Positions 1 to 10,395 are shown, counted from the stretch's first letter. The stretch: 64,000 bases of DNA from Deltaproteobacteria bacterium CG11_big_fil_rev_8_21_14_0_20_45_16 (GCA_002787535.1 PCXB01000063.1:11935-75934), one strand, 5' to 3'. Numbers and translations are program-made. Notes: generated by a model from the letters alone, not told the origin.

Positions 1-501
1 GTGGGGCGACCGGGAAAATTTGTCACTCATGATCCCGATGAAGGTTTTTCAACAGCTGGTATTTGCTCGGATGAATTTGCACAGAATCGTGCCATTCCAT
101 CCATGTCTATTGAGTTTTTTCAGAAGGGATTTTCGAAGGAGGCAGAAATCTCCACGAAGGAATTTTTAGCAAATCTCTTAAATCAAGCCTCTTTGCATTT
201 AGGAAAGCCTGCATCCGAAATAAAAAGCTTGTCCAAAGAAAAAAATTCATTGGAGGTCTTTTGGATCATGTATCGAGAAAAGTTGCAATCGCGGGAAGAC
301 AGGCTTGTAGAGAACATGTCCAACCTTCAAGAAGTCAAAGCTGGTGAAGTGCTTGGCGTGCGTTCTGATAATCTTTCAATAGTTGCTCCTGAGACTGGGC
401 TTATTTTGTTTCCAAAATACCCTCATAAACTTCATCCGGCTGCGACCCTTCCAGAGAGTCTGTTTGTTTTGGCGCAAGCTCGAGAGGATCTTGACCCTTG
501 A
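1..501 (+). CDS. Succinylglutamate desuccinylase/aspartoacylase (AstE/AspA-like), C-terminal part, 5'-truncated by the window edge
   Basis: Open from base 1. C-terminal 'NLQEVKAGEVLG...LILFPKY' and 'SDEF...SIEFFQKGF' resemble the AstE C-terminal region. Catalytic N-terminal motifs lie outside the window. Confidence 0.55.
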   Translation: MGRPGKFVTHDPDEGFSTAGICSDEFAQNRAIPSMSIEFFQKGFSKEAEISTKEFLANLLNQASLHLGKPASEIKSLSKEKNSLEVFWIMYREKLQSREDRLVENMSNLQEVKAGEVLGVRSDNLSIVAPETGLILFPKYPHKLHPAATLPESLFVLAQAREDLDP

Positions 502-526
502 TTGGGGATTGAATAGTTCTTTGGAG

Positions 527-1504
527 ATGCAGGCGATAGAAAGATTATCAGAGAATTGGTTATATCCAGAGATTATTCCGTATCGTTCCGAGAAGTTAAA
601 AGTTTCGGAGAAGCATGACCTTTATTTTGAGGAGTGCGGAAATCCTAACGGCAAGCCTGTTGTCTTTTTGCATGGAGGGCCTGGCGCCGGGTGTAGCGCA
701 TCTCATCGACGTTTTTTTGATCCGCGTCGCTATCGAATTATTTTATTTGATCAGCGAGGTTGTGGTCGGAGTACGCCTCATGCGTCCTTGGATGAAAACA
801 CAACTTGGGATTTGGTCGAGGATATTGAAAAAATTCGCAAGCACTTAGGCGTGGAGCAGTGGCAAGTTTTTGGAGGTTCGTGGGGTAGTACTTTGGCCTT
901 AGCTTACGCTGAGACTCATCCCAGTCGAGTGACCGAGTTGGTGCTTCGAGGGATTTTTAGTTTACGCCAGCGTGAGTTGAAGTGGTTTTATCAAGATGGA
1001 GCGTCGTATTTGTTTCCAGATGCTTGGGAGAATTATTTGGCTGTGATACCAGAGGCGGAACGTGGGGATTTAGTAATGGCCTACCATAAACGATTAACTT
1101 CAGAAGATTCTGCAATGCGACTACGCGCCGCAAAAGCTTGGGCCAAATGGGAATTAAGTACGAGCGGTTTAATAGTTGGGGAAGAGAGTATCAGAGAGGC
1201 GGAGCGAGACGAGTTTGCCTTAGCGTTTTCGAGAATCGAATGTCACTACTTTGTGAATCGGGGGTTTTTTGAGCAAGATGATTTCCTTATTAGCAATATT
1301 CAAAAGATAAAGCATATTCCCACAGTCATTGTTCAGGGACGTTATGATGTCGTTTGCCCTATGGATACGGCTTGGGCTTTGCATCGAGCTTGGCCGGAGG
1401 CTGATTTTGTAATTGTCCCTGACGCGGGTCATTCGGCTTTTGAGGTTGGAATATCAAGAGCTCTGATTGCGGCTACGGATAAATTTTCAGATCTGACTTC
1501 TTGA
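527..1504 (+). CDS. pip: Proline iminopeptidase (S33)
   Basis: HGGPG, DQRGCGRS, GGSWG nucleophile, GRYDVVCP and AGHSA motifs. Start moved to ATG 527 because the upstream extension overlaps the previous gene. Confidence 0.95.
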   Translation: MQAIERLSENWLYPEIIPYRSEKLKVSEKHDLYFEECGNPNGKPVVFLHGGPGAGCSASHRRFFDPRRYRIILFDQRGCGRSTPHASLDENTTWDLVEDIEKIRKHLGVEQWQVFGGSWGSTLALAYAETHPSRVTELVLRGIFSLRQRELKWFYQDGASYLFPDAWENYLAVIPEAERGDLVMAYHKRLTSEDSAMRLRAAKAWAKWELSTSGLIVGEESIREAERDEFALAFSRIECHYFVNRGFFEQDDFLISNIQKIKHIPTVIVQGRYDVVCPMDTAWALHRAWPEADFVIVPDAGHSAFEVGISRALIAATDKFSDLTS

Positions 1505-1590
1505 GTCACAAATTCTCAGCCTTGGCGCTTGAATTTCTTGCGCTGCATCCCTCATACTGTAAAAGTCATTAACCGAATTTTGGGGGAATT

Positions 1591-3164
1591 ATGAAACTAT
1601 CAAAACATCATATGGCCATTCTATCGGGCCTTGTCGTTATAGGAGCTGGCTTAGTATTTGTATCGTGTGGGGGCTCGTCGGGTTTAGCAACCTCATCAAG
1701 TTTAAGCGCGGATATTGCCATTGGCTCTCCGATGGTATCGACTTCTGGGTCCTCTCAAATTGTCGAAAGAGATTTCCAAGCGACAACAATTTCGGCAGCT
1801 ATTGAAGCAAGACGAACAGTTTTGCAAAATTTGTTGGATGCGACGGATAAGGAAGATTGTAATTTTGCTGTGGATTTACTCCGGTCAGAAAATGGCGATC
1901 GAGTCGAATGCTACGGGCCAATAGTGGATATAAATGGTGGATCGCATCCCGATCGGTGGAGCTGTTAATCAGCAGCTTCCAGGTCTCGATCTTGGATTTT
2001 GGAATACGACCCAATCTGGGGACGAGGCTTGTTCGTCGGCGCAACTTGGTGCGCTTGTAAATCAACATACAAAAGCGGCCTTTTTTGCTCAGCAGCTTGG
2101 GACAGCCGGCCGATGTTTTATGCAAAATGCGGGCATTAGTTTCCCGGCTTCTACAGCTGAAGCGGACAATGTTGAATTTTTAGCAGCAGAATTAACGGAT
2201 TTTGGGTTTACGAATGCCGAAGGTGATATTGTGGCCTTTGATGGTCTAAGCGTCAGCAAAATCGAGGACAGCGATTCAAACTCTGGGTTTAAATATGATG
2301 TTACAGGGACTGTGGTGGACAATACTGGAGACCCCAGCCTTTCATATTGTTTTTCAAAATGTTCCGACTTCGACCGGCTTTCATGGAAGAGCTTCTTGGT
2401 CGATCGCCGACGCGGCGGCTTCTGGCTTTAATTGTAGCGGTGAAGGCGGATCGGGTTTAACTTTTGCCGGTTATTTGACTTACGAAAAGTCGGGCACAAG
2501 TCTTAAACAGGAATTTAAGCACGCAGAATTTTGCAGTATTGATGAGGCTGATGATCGACTAGACGATGCCGATTATACAATCACCGCCTGTAACTATAAA
2601 AAGAGCGGAAATGCGACAGGTTGGGCGGATAATTTTAATGCTGCGAGATTTTCGTTTGATGTCGATAGTCTCGCTGGAAACTATGCTTATATCTGGCAAG
2701 CCGGAAAACAGGATCCGCGTAGTCGACGTTTTAGTTTTAAGGTGGATGTCGAAGGATCGGCGACGACCGCCAATGCCTATTATGGTTATGGACCAAGTGT
2801 TTATACAGAGGATTCCGAATGTGCTGAATTTTCGGATTATTTGATTGATGGAATGGTCTGCAATTGGACTGGACCCGGCGGTTTCTTGAGCAAGACTCCG
2901 GAAGAGCGTGATGCCATTGTTCAGCCCTATGTTCAACGTCAGACGCTTGAGTTGGTATCGGATGTGTGGACCGTAACGGATGAGCAAATTAAATATCCGC
3001 CGACAAACGCATGTACCTGTACCGGTGCTTGCGGCTTTACGTATCTGACTCCCGACGAAGATTTTTCAAACGACAGCGATCAGGTGGGAACGCCTATTTT
3101 TGATCTCGATGATTTTGCCGATTACGAAGCTGACTTTAGCGCACCTGGCGCACCGAGCTTTTAA
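1591..3164 (+). pseudogene. Cys-rich acidic lipoprotein of unknown function split by two +1 frameshifts (pseudogene or sequencing error)
   Basis: Signal peptide with lipobox-like FVSC. Three overlapping ORFs in successive frames join into about 523 aa of uniform composition if one base is removed near 1954 and one near 2333. Confidence 0.7.
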
Positions 3165-4089
3165 TAAGCTCAGGGCTTTTGTCAGGCTTTTGAAGCAGGA
3201 CTTCGATAAAAGAAACAAATAAGGATTCGGGATCGTCGACCTTTCGGAAACATGAGGGCCACTTCCAAAGTGGCCCTTTGTTAAATAGATCCGGGGTTTC
3301 CTGATAAAAATGCGTATCAAAACTCAAACGCATTTTGTCGAATAAATTACGAAAATCCAGAATCGACCAGCCATTGCAAAAGCTCTTATCAAGGGAACCT
3401 CTGTTTTTTATGGAAAGATATTTATTCAAATCTTCGGGTCGGAAAAGGAATTGGCAATACGGGATCTTGATTCGATTATAGAGATGCAACCCCAGAGACG
3501 AGGGGAAGAGCGGGCCAAAGTAAAGGTATAGATAGCCTCCGGGCCTTAGAACGCGATGTGCTTCTTTTAAGGCTTTCTCGGGATTTGCAATATGTTCAAA
3601 GGCATCAAATGAAAAGATTAAATCAAATGATTGATCATCGAACTTAAGATCCTGAGCGTCCATTACGATAAAATCAAGAAATTTAGTTTTATTCATAGTT
3701 TCTGGTTGGGGAAGAACCTGATCCACACCAGTCGTGTGGATCCTATAATTCTGTGAAAGTAAACGACTGCAGGCTCCTGTTCCGCAGCCGAGTTCAAGGA
3801 CATTTTTCATTTGGTCGATACCAGGAACTCGACGATATATTTTTTTCAATCGTTCCGATGCAACACGCATCTCTTGCTCGTCCGAATAATTTTTTTGGGA
3901 GGCAGCAAACGATGTATCTCGAAATTGATGATCAAGCCGCTCGATCTCTTCAAAGGCTAGGTATTCAAATGTCGCGGAAGATGCATTAATGAGCCTTCTT
4001 GCCCGACGAAGCTGAATGCTTTTCACAAAATTTGCCGGTGGAATCAATACAGATTCTGGAACGTGGGTTTTCAAAAAATCCTTCCACAT
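3136..4089 (-). CDS. Class I SAM-dependent methyltransferase
   Basis: VLELGCGTG motif I, FDDQSFDLIFS, EHI...ALKEAHRVLRPGG. Confidence 0.9.
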   Translation of the reverse strand: MWKDFLKTHVPESVLIPPANFVKSIQLRRARRLINASSATFEYLAFEEIERLDHQFRDTSFAASQKNYSDEQEMRVASERLKKIYRRVPGIDQMKNVLELGCGTGACSRLLSQNYRIHTTGVDQVLPQPETMNKTKFLDFIVMDAQDLKFDDQSFDLIFSFDAFEHIANPEKALKEAHRVLRPGGYLYLYFGPLFPSSLGLHLYNRIKIPYCQFLFRPEDLNKYLSIKNRGSLDKSFCNGWSILDFRNLFDKMRLSFDTHFYQETPDLFNKGPLWKWPSCFRKVDDPESLFVSFIEVLLQKPDKSPELIKSSVRQVR

Positions 4090-4179
4090 AGCGCTAGACG
4101 TAGAAATACTACACTAAAGGCAGGGTTGAGGGGAGGGAGAGTTCCACCAGGTCGTTGAGAATTTATGCGAAGGGGCGAC

Positions 4180-4209
4180 TTGCACCTGATAGCCAGGCTC
4201 TACTAGAGT
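4180..4209 (+). promoter_or_regulatory. Putative sigma70 promoter of the uvrA pair (leaderless geometry)
   Basis: TTGCAC(4180)-18-TAGAGT(4204)-7 nt-ATG(4217); no clear SD. Confidence 0.5.
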
Positions 4210-4216
4210 AGGGCCG

Positions 4217-6805
4217 ATGAAATCCGCCAACAGGACCAAGCAGGCTAACAAAGCTATCATTGATTGGATTATGGTTCGGGGTGCAAGGGAGAATAATCTT
4301 AAGGATCTGGATCTAGATTTGCCTAAGCGAAAGTTGATTGTGCTCACTGGACCGAGCGGAAGCGGAAAATCGACACTTGCCTTTGATACCATTTTTGCCG
4401 AGGGGCAACGCCGATATATTGAAAGTCTCTCAGCTTATGCCAAACAATTTGTGGAGCAACTTAAGCGGCCTGATGTTGAATCTATAACAGGGCTTTGTCC
4501 GTCCTTAGCGATTCAACAAAAAAAGATTTCTCAAAATCCTCGTTCGACTGTCGCGACAATTTCCGAAGTCTATGACTATCTTCGATTGCTTTATAGCCGT
4601 GTGGGCGAAGTGATTGACCCCAATACAGGAGAAAAATTATCTGCTCAATCCGTTGGTCAAATGACGGACGCTGTTTTACGTCTTGGCATTGGCGCCCGTA
4701 TTAGTGTTTTGGCCATTGTTGCCGAAAGGAAAAAGGGTGCCTTTGCAAAGGAGATTGAAAAATTTGTTCGCTTGGGTTTTGTTCGCGCGCGAATTGATGG
4801 CCTAGATTATGAGTTGCAGATCGGGCAAAAACTAGACAAAAACAAGCCGCATGACTTCGAAATCTATATTGATCGGCTGGTTGTTAAACCTGAAGCCAAT
4901 CTGCGGTTGCAGGATGCTATCGAAAAGGCTCTGGAATTTGGTGAGGGGAGATTTAAAATCGTTGTTCATTCTGAAAACGATCGTATCTTAGCTTTTAGTC
5001 GTAATTTGACTTCTTCCGATGGAAGTTTCTCTATTCCCGAAATGACTCCGCGTTTGTTTTCATTCAATTCCCCCATGGGGGCTTGCCCCGAGTGTAAAGG
5101 CATGGGGTATCTGGGCTTTGAAGAATGGGAGGCCTCCCAGGACTTTGATGAGCGAGTCGATGATGGCGAGGAACTCGCCGCTGAAGAGAATTTGCCTTGC
5201 CCCCTATGTAAGGGAAGTCGCCTGCGTTTAGAAAGCCGTTCGGTTTTTATCAATAATCTTAGTATCGATCAAATTCATGCCATGTCGATTCGCGAAGCGC
5301 TTTCGGCGATTCAAAGCTTTGAATTTCGAGGGAACCAGAAGCTCGTATCCGCTAAAATTATTGAAGAACTTGGCAATCGGTTGAGATTTTTAGAACAGGT
5401 AGGTTTGGATTACTTAAATCTAAATCGGATGACCAAAACCTTAAGTGGTGGGGAAGAGCAGCGAGTTCGCTTAGCCACTCAAATGGGGATTCATCTTCGA
5501 GGTGTTTTATATGTCTTGGATGAACCCAGCATTGGACTGCACCAACTTGATAATGATCGACTGATTGCCGCGATGAAGAGTCTTCGCGATATGGGCAATA
5601 CGGTTTTGGTTGTGGAACACGATATCGATACGATGCGTGCAGCCGATGAAATTATTGACCTTGGTCCGGGAGCCGGCATTCACGGGGGAGAAATTATTGA
5701 ACAGGCTACTCCTAGGGAGATGAAGCGAGGGCTTACGGCGGAGTTCCTTTCGGGCAAGCGTAAAATTGCCGTGCCCGAGGCACGGCGGCCTTTATCTAAG
5801 CGGTGGATAAAAATTAAATCGGCCAAAGTCCACAACTTAAAGGGTATTGATGTAAACATCCCGCTTGGGGTCTTTGTCGCGGTTGCCGGTGTGTCAGGCA
5901 GCGGAAAATCCAGCCTCATTCTTGAAGTCTTGGCCAAGAGTTTACGTGAGGAAAAATCTGTCAATTGTGAAGAGCTAAAAGGGGCCGAGAATATCGATAA
6001 ACTCATAGAAGTAAGTCAATCGCCTATAGGGCGCTCGCCTCGGAGCAATCCCGCCACCTATATTGATTTGTTTTCGGGAATTCGAGATTTGTATTCCAAA
6101 GTTCCCTTGGCACGGCAACGAGGATATGGCCTTGGTCGTTTTAGTTTCAATGTGAAAGGCGGTCGATGTGAAGCCTGTCAGGGTGCAGGGGAATCGAAGA
6201 TTCAGATGCATTTTTTGCCCAACGTCAAAGTGACCTGTGAAACCTGCCGCGGCCGACGTTATAATCCCGCGACGCTTGAATGTCTGTACAAAGGAAAGAC
6301 CATTCATGAAGTCTTGGAGATGAGTTTTGAAGAGGCTTTGGAGTTCTTTGAGGCCGTGCCTTATTTGCGATCGAAGATTCAGGTCGTTTATGATGTAGGG
6401 CTTGGCTATTTGAAGCTAGGGCAGGCGGCGACGACTCTGTCAGGGGGTGAGGCGCAGAGGATTAAGTTGGCGAAGCAGTTGGCCAAACGTCAGACAGGAA
6501 AAACTCTCTATATAATGGACGAGCCAACTTCGGGGCTGCACCATGTGGATGTGGAACAGCTGCTCAAGGTCTGTCAGAGGCTCGTGGATCAAGGAAATAG
6601 CTTAATCGTTATTGAGCATCATTTGGATGTTATCAAATCAGCGGATTATGTGATTGATATGGGTCCTTTGGGTGGGGATCGAGGTGGGGAGATCGTTGGA
6701 TTTGGAACACCCGAAGAATTGGTTAAGCTATCCGCTTCGCATACCGGAAGATTTTTAAAATCTTTTTTGTCGCATGGAAGGGCTGCCCGGGCTCGGGCCT
6801 CATAG
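4217..6805 (+). CDS. uvrA: Excinuclease ABC subunit A, copy 1 (insertion domain absent)
   Basis: GARENNLK, GPSGSGKS, EGQRRYIESLS, two LSGGE signatures, FSFNVKGGRCEAC, second Walker A GVSGSGKS. Confidence 0.95.
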   Translation: MKSANRTKQANKAIIDWIMVRGARENNLKDLDLDLPKRKLIVLTGPSGSGKSTLAFDTIFAEGQRRYIESLSAYAKQFVEQLKRPDVESITGLCPSLAIQQKKISQNPRSTVATISEVYDYLRLLYSRVGEVIDPNTGEKLSAQSVGQMTDAVLRLGIGARISVLAIVAERKKGAFAKEIEKFVRLGFVRARIDGLDYELQIGQKLDKNKPHDFEIYIDRLVVKPEANLRLQDAIEKALEFGEGRFKIVVHSENDRILAFSRNLTSSDGSFSIPEMTPRLFSFNSPMGACPECKGMGYLGFEEWEASQDFDERVDDGEELAAEENLPCPLCKGSRLRLESRSVFINNLSIDQIHAMSIREALSAIQSFEFRGNQKLVSAKIIEELGNRLRFLEQVGLDYLNLNRMTKTLSGGEEQRVRLATQMGIHLRGVLYVLDEPSIGLHQLDNDRLIAAMKSLRDMGNTVLVVEHDIDTMRAADEIIDLGPGAGIHGGEIIEQATPREMKRGLTAEFLSGKRKIAVPEARRPLSKRWIKIKSAKVHNLKGIDVNIPLGVFVAVAGVSGSGKSSLILEVLAKSLREEKSVNCEELKGAENIDKLIEVSQSPIGRSPRSNPATYIDLFSGIRDLYSKVPLARQRGYGLGRFSFNVKGGRCEACQGAGESKIQMHFLPNVKVTCETCRGRRYNPATLECLYKGKTIHEVLEMSFEEALEFFEAVPYLRSKIQVVYDVGLGYLKLGQAATTLSGGEAQRIKLAKQLAKRQTGKTLYIMDEPTSGLHHVDVEQLLKVCQRLVDQGNSLIVIEHHLDVIKSADYVIDMGPLGGDRGGEIVGFGTPEELVKLSASHTGRFLKSFLSHGRAARARAS

Positions 6806-6808
6806 TTT

Positions 6809-9556
6809 ATGTCTGAGGCTATCCGCATTGATGGAGCAAGACAGAATAATCTAAAGAATATTTCTTTAGATATACCTCTTGAGAAGTTTGTCTGTATTAC
6901 AGGTCCTAGTGGCTCAGGAAAAAGTAGCCTCGCCTTTGATACTCTCTATGCTGAGGGACATCGGCGTTATGTCGAATCTTTGAGCACCTATGCGCGGCAG
7001 TTTTTTGAAAAAATTCCTAAGCCTGATGTGGATAGCGTCGAAAATATTAGTCCGGCCATTGCCTTGCAGCAGCGAAACCCTGTAAAGAATTCTCGTTCGA
7101 GCTTAGGAACGACGACAGAAATTTATGACTATCTGAGGTTAATGTATTCTAAAGTTTCGGCGGCACATTGTCCGAAGGGCCATGGCCGAATCGAAGCTGA
7201 CAGTCCTCAGTCCGTCGCCGATCAAATTTTCTTGAAGTGGCCCCTAGAGGGGGAAAAGCGCCGGCTTGCGATTGGCTTTCGATTGGATCAGGCGAGTCTT
7301 GCCGATCAAATGATTGAGCGTGGATTCTTGCGAAGATTGGATGTCGATGCGGAAAGCCCAATGTCAGACTTGGAAGAGGAACGGGGTAAGAAACTTAAAC
7401 CAGGCAGTTATATTGTGATGGATCGCTTGGTTTTGACAAGCGCCCAGCGGCCCCGCCTTGTTGAAGCTTTGGAAGTAGCCTTTAAGCAAAGTCAAACAGC
7501 CGCTTTTGTCTGGGATTTTGAATCGAAAAAGCTTTTGGAGTTTAGTTCTAAGCGATCTTGTAATGAGTGCGGTCTCGAAGTTCCGGAGAGCCATCCACTT
7601 TTATTTTCTTTCAATTCTCCGCTTGGAGCCTGTGAGAATTGTAAAGGTTTTGGAAATACACTTGAATATGATGAAAGCTTATTAATTCCAAACACTCGTC
7701 TTAGTTTAGAGAAAGGTGCGATTGATCCCTTTACCAAGAAAATAATGATGAAGGGAAAGAAGAGACTATGGGAGTTTTGTAAAGAAAAAGGGATTCCCTT
7801 GGATGTTCCTTTTGCGCAGTTAAGTCAAACCCATCAGAAAATGATTCTTCGCGGCGAAGGGAAATTTAAGGGCGTCGTAGGGGTCTTCAAGAAATTTGAA
7901 GAAAAGAAATATAAGCTACATGTTCGCGTGTTTTTAAGGCGCTACCAGTCAAGCGTCATCTGTGAAATATGTAATGGCTCTCGTCTTAGGTCTGAAGCTC
8001 TGTGGTTTTTTATCGAAGAGAAAACCATTTATGATTTGGTCCAAATGCCACTCGAAAAACTCGAAGGTTGGTTCGGCGATTTAAAACTAAGTAAGCAATA
8101 TACCGAATTGTCTCGAGAGATTTTGCGCCAGATTCGATCGCGCCTACATTTTCTCAATCGGATAGGCTTGGGCTATTTGACTTTACATCGACTGACTAAG
8201 AGTTTGTCAGGAGGGGAATCGCAGCGTATCAATCTTGCCAATCAATTGGGCTCGGAGTTGTCAGGTACTCTTTATGTTTTGGACGAGCCAAGTATTGGAC
8301 TTCATGTTCGGGATCGTGATCGCCTTTTGGATTCTCTTAACGAACTTGTCAGTCGGGGGAATACGGTGGTTGTGGTTGAGCATGATCTGGATACGATAAA
8401 AGCAGCTGATGATGTGATCGAGCTTGGTCCGGGTAGTGGCCGGACTGGCGGGCAAATTATTTTTCAGGGTAGTCAAAAGGAGTTTGCGGCGAGTCAGACA
8501 CTAACCTCAGATTATTTGCAAAAACGTCGTCGTATCGAGCTCCCTAAGGAACGACGAACAGGGACGGCAAGATGGTTGAGTATCCAAGGGGCAACCGAGA
8601 ACAATTTACAGGGAGTGAATCTTAACATTCCCCTTAATCGTCTTGTGGGTGTGTCGGGGGTTTCGGGGAGTGGGAAGAGCAGTTTAATTCACGCAACCTT
8701 ATATAACGCTCTTGCTCGAATTTTTGAGCAGGCAACGGATCGTATTGGTAAGTTTTCGAAACTTTTTGGTGCTGAACTCATCAAAGGCATTTGTTTGTTG
8801 GATCAAAGTCCAATTGGTCGATCTTCTAGAAGTATTCCTTTAAGTATTATCGGGGGCTACGATGAGATGCGAAAAATATTTTCCCAAATTCCAGAGTCTA
8901 GGCGTCGCAATCTAACGCCTTCTCATTTTTCTTTTAATACGACCGGGGGCCGATGTGAAACTTGCCAGGGTGACGGCGTTGTCAAAACAGAGATGTATTT
9001 TTTGGATGATCTTTATTTGATGTGTGAAGATTGCGGCGGCAAGCGCTTTAAGAGAGAAATATTGGATATCCGCTATCGAGGGAAAAACATTTATGATGTC
9101 TTTCAAATGAGTGTCAGCGAAGCAAAGGACTTCTTTTCGCAATCTAAATCTTTGGTGCAGCGCTTTCAGACGCTCGAAAAAGTTGGATTGGGTTATTTGC
9201 AACTGGGCCAGCCCAGTTATGGCTTGTCTGGAGGCGAATCTCAGCGACTAAAAATCGCTACGGAGGTGGCCAATGTTCGTAAGAAATCAATTTTATACAT
9301 TCTTGATGAGCCCACGACGGGTCTGCATATTAGTGAGATAGAATTGCTAATTGCGTTGATGAATGAGCTTGTCGATTCTGGGAACACCGTTGTTGTTATC
9401 GAACATAATCTGGATATTTTAAAGTCCGTAGATTGGCTAATTGATTTGGGTCCTGAGGCTGGCGACAAAGGAGGACAAATCGTCGCGGAAGGCGAGCCGG
9501 AGCAGGTCGCCAAAGCCGAGACGCTCACCGGAAAAGCCCTGGCCAATTATTTGTAA
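6809..9556 (+). CDS. uvrA: Excinuclease ABC subunit A, copy 2
   Basis: GARQNNLK, GPSGSGKS, EGHRRYVESLS, FSFNSPLGAC, two LSGGESQR motifs, GGRCETC. Confidence 0.95.
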   Translation: MSEAIRIDGARQNNLKNISLDIPLEKFVCITGPSGSGKSSLAFDTLYAEGHRRYVESLSTYARQFFEKIPKPDVDSVENISPAIALQQRNPVKNSRSSLGTTTEIYDYLRLMYSKVSAAHCPKGHGRIEADSPQSVADQIFLKWPLEGEKRRLAIGFRLDQASLADQMIERGFLRRLDVDAESPMSDLEEERGKKLKPGSYIVMDRLVLTSAQRPRLVEALEVAFKQSQTAAFVWDFESKKLLEFSSKRSCNECGLEVPESHPLLFSFNSPLGACENCKGFGNTLEYDESLLIPNTRLSLEKGAIDPFTKKIMMKGKKRLWEFCKEKGIPLDVPFAQLSQTHQKMILRGEGKFKGVVGVFKKFEEKKYKLHVRVFLRRYQSSVICEICNGSRLRSEALWFFIEEKTIYDLVQMPLEKLEGWFGDLKLSKQYTELSREILRQIRSRLHFLNRIGLGYLTLHRLTKSLSGGESQRINLANQLGSELSGTLYVLDEPSIGLHVRDRDRLLDSLNELVSRGNTVVVVEHDLDTIKAADDVIELGPGSGRTGGQIIFQGSQKEFAASQTLTSDYLQKRRRIELPKERRTGTARWLSIQGATENNLQGVNLNIPLNRLVGVSGVSGSGKSSLIHATLYNALARIFEQATDRIGKFSKLFGAELIKGICLLDQSPIGRSSRSIPLSIIGGYDEMRKIFSQIPESRRRNLTPSHFSFNTTGGRCETCQGDGVVKTEMYFLDDLYLMCEDCGGKRFKREILDIRYRGKNIYDVFQMSVSEAKDFFSQSKSLVQRFQTLEKVGLGYLQLGQPSYGLSGGESQRLKIATEVANVRKKSILYILDEPTTGLHISEIELLIALMNELVDSGNTVVVIEHNLDILKSVDWLIDLGPEAGDKGGQIVAEGEPEQVAKAETLTGKALANYL

Positions 9557-9606
9557 GACTTGCGTTCAGTATTTGAATGCGAGATCCTGATGAGGTGCAG
9601 ATTCTA

Positions 9607-10386
9607 ATGACAACGCCCGAATGGTTTCAAATTATTTCTACGATTCTTATTGGCACATGTATCGGGAGTTTTTTGAATGTGGTCATTGTCAGACTGCCAA
9701 GAGGACGATCCATTGTCAGTCCGGGTTCAAGAACCTTTCCGTGGCGATCCTCTATTCCCGCGTATCAAAATATTCCGGTTTTAAGCTACCTTTTGAATTT
9801 TGGCAGAGATCGCAAGTCGGGCTGGTTTTATTCCATTCGTTATCTGGTGATTGAAATCTTAACGCCAACAATTTTTTTGGCTTTATATTTTACGCATGGC
9901 TGGTCGATGACAGCTCTTGTCTATGCTCTTGTCTGTTCATGTTTGATTGCGGCATCTTTTATTGATCTTGATTTGCGAATTATTCCCGACTCATTAACCA
10001 TCGGGGTTTGGTTTGTGGCTATCTTGGCAGCTGCCTTTGAGGCTAAAGGCTATCCTCTGGATTTTCAATCGGCAGTCTTTGGCTCAATCATAGGCTATGG
10101 ATCATTCTGGTTGTTAAGCCGGTCCTATTATTGGATTACGGGCGAAGATGGGCTGGGCGGCGCGGATGTCAAATTGATGGGATTTATTGGTGCGGTTGTT
10201 GGATGGAAGGGTGTGATTGTGACGGTTTTGGTGGCCTCACTGTCGGGAGCCTTGGTGGGGCTATTTTTGATGATGGTTTATCGAAAAGGTCGACGATTTC
10301 CGATACCCTTTGGGCCATTTTTGGCAGCTGGGGCGATGGTCAGTATTTTTAGAATTGATGTTATCGATTGGTTGCTTCTTAGCTAG
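9607..10386 (+). CDS. pilD: Prepilin peptidase (A24), PilD-like
   Basis: IGSFLNVVIVRLP, NIPVLSY, catalytic FIDLD and GGADVKL, IPFGPFL. GAGGTG SD precedes ATG 9607. Confidence 0.9.
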   Translation: MTTPEWFQIISTILIGTCIGSFLNVVIVRLPRGRSIVSPGSRTFPWRSSIPAYQNIPVLSYLLNFGRDRKSGWFYSIRYLVIEILTPTIFLALYFTHGWSMTALVYALVCSCLIAASFIDLDLRIIPDSLTIGVWFVAILAAAFEAKGYPLDFQSAVFGSIIGYGSFWLLSRSYYWITGEDGLGGADVKLMGFIGAVVGWKGVIVTVLVASLSGALVGLFLMMVYRKGRRFPIPFGPFLAAGAMVSIFRIDVIDWLLLS

Positions 10387-10395
10387 GCTTCATTC

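Noticed and set aside
383..526. Long N-terminal extensions in the ORF track (383, 10902, 11306, 18526, 24191, 46504, 48641, 57356, 59660)
   Set aside because: They overlap neighbouring genes or promoter motifs; downstream starts match family N-termini
6803..6808. Genetic-code reassignment or pyrrolysine at the TAG between the uvrA copies
   Set aside because: TAG ends other genes normally (e.g. pilD, eno, relE), no pyl genes are present, and copy 2 has its own ATG
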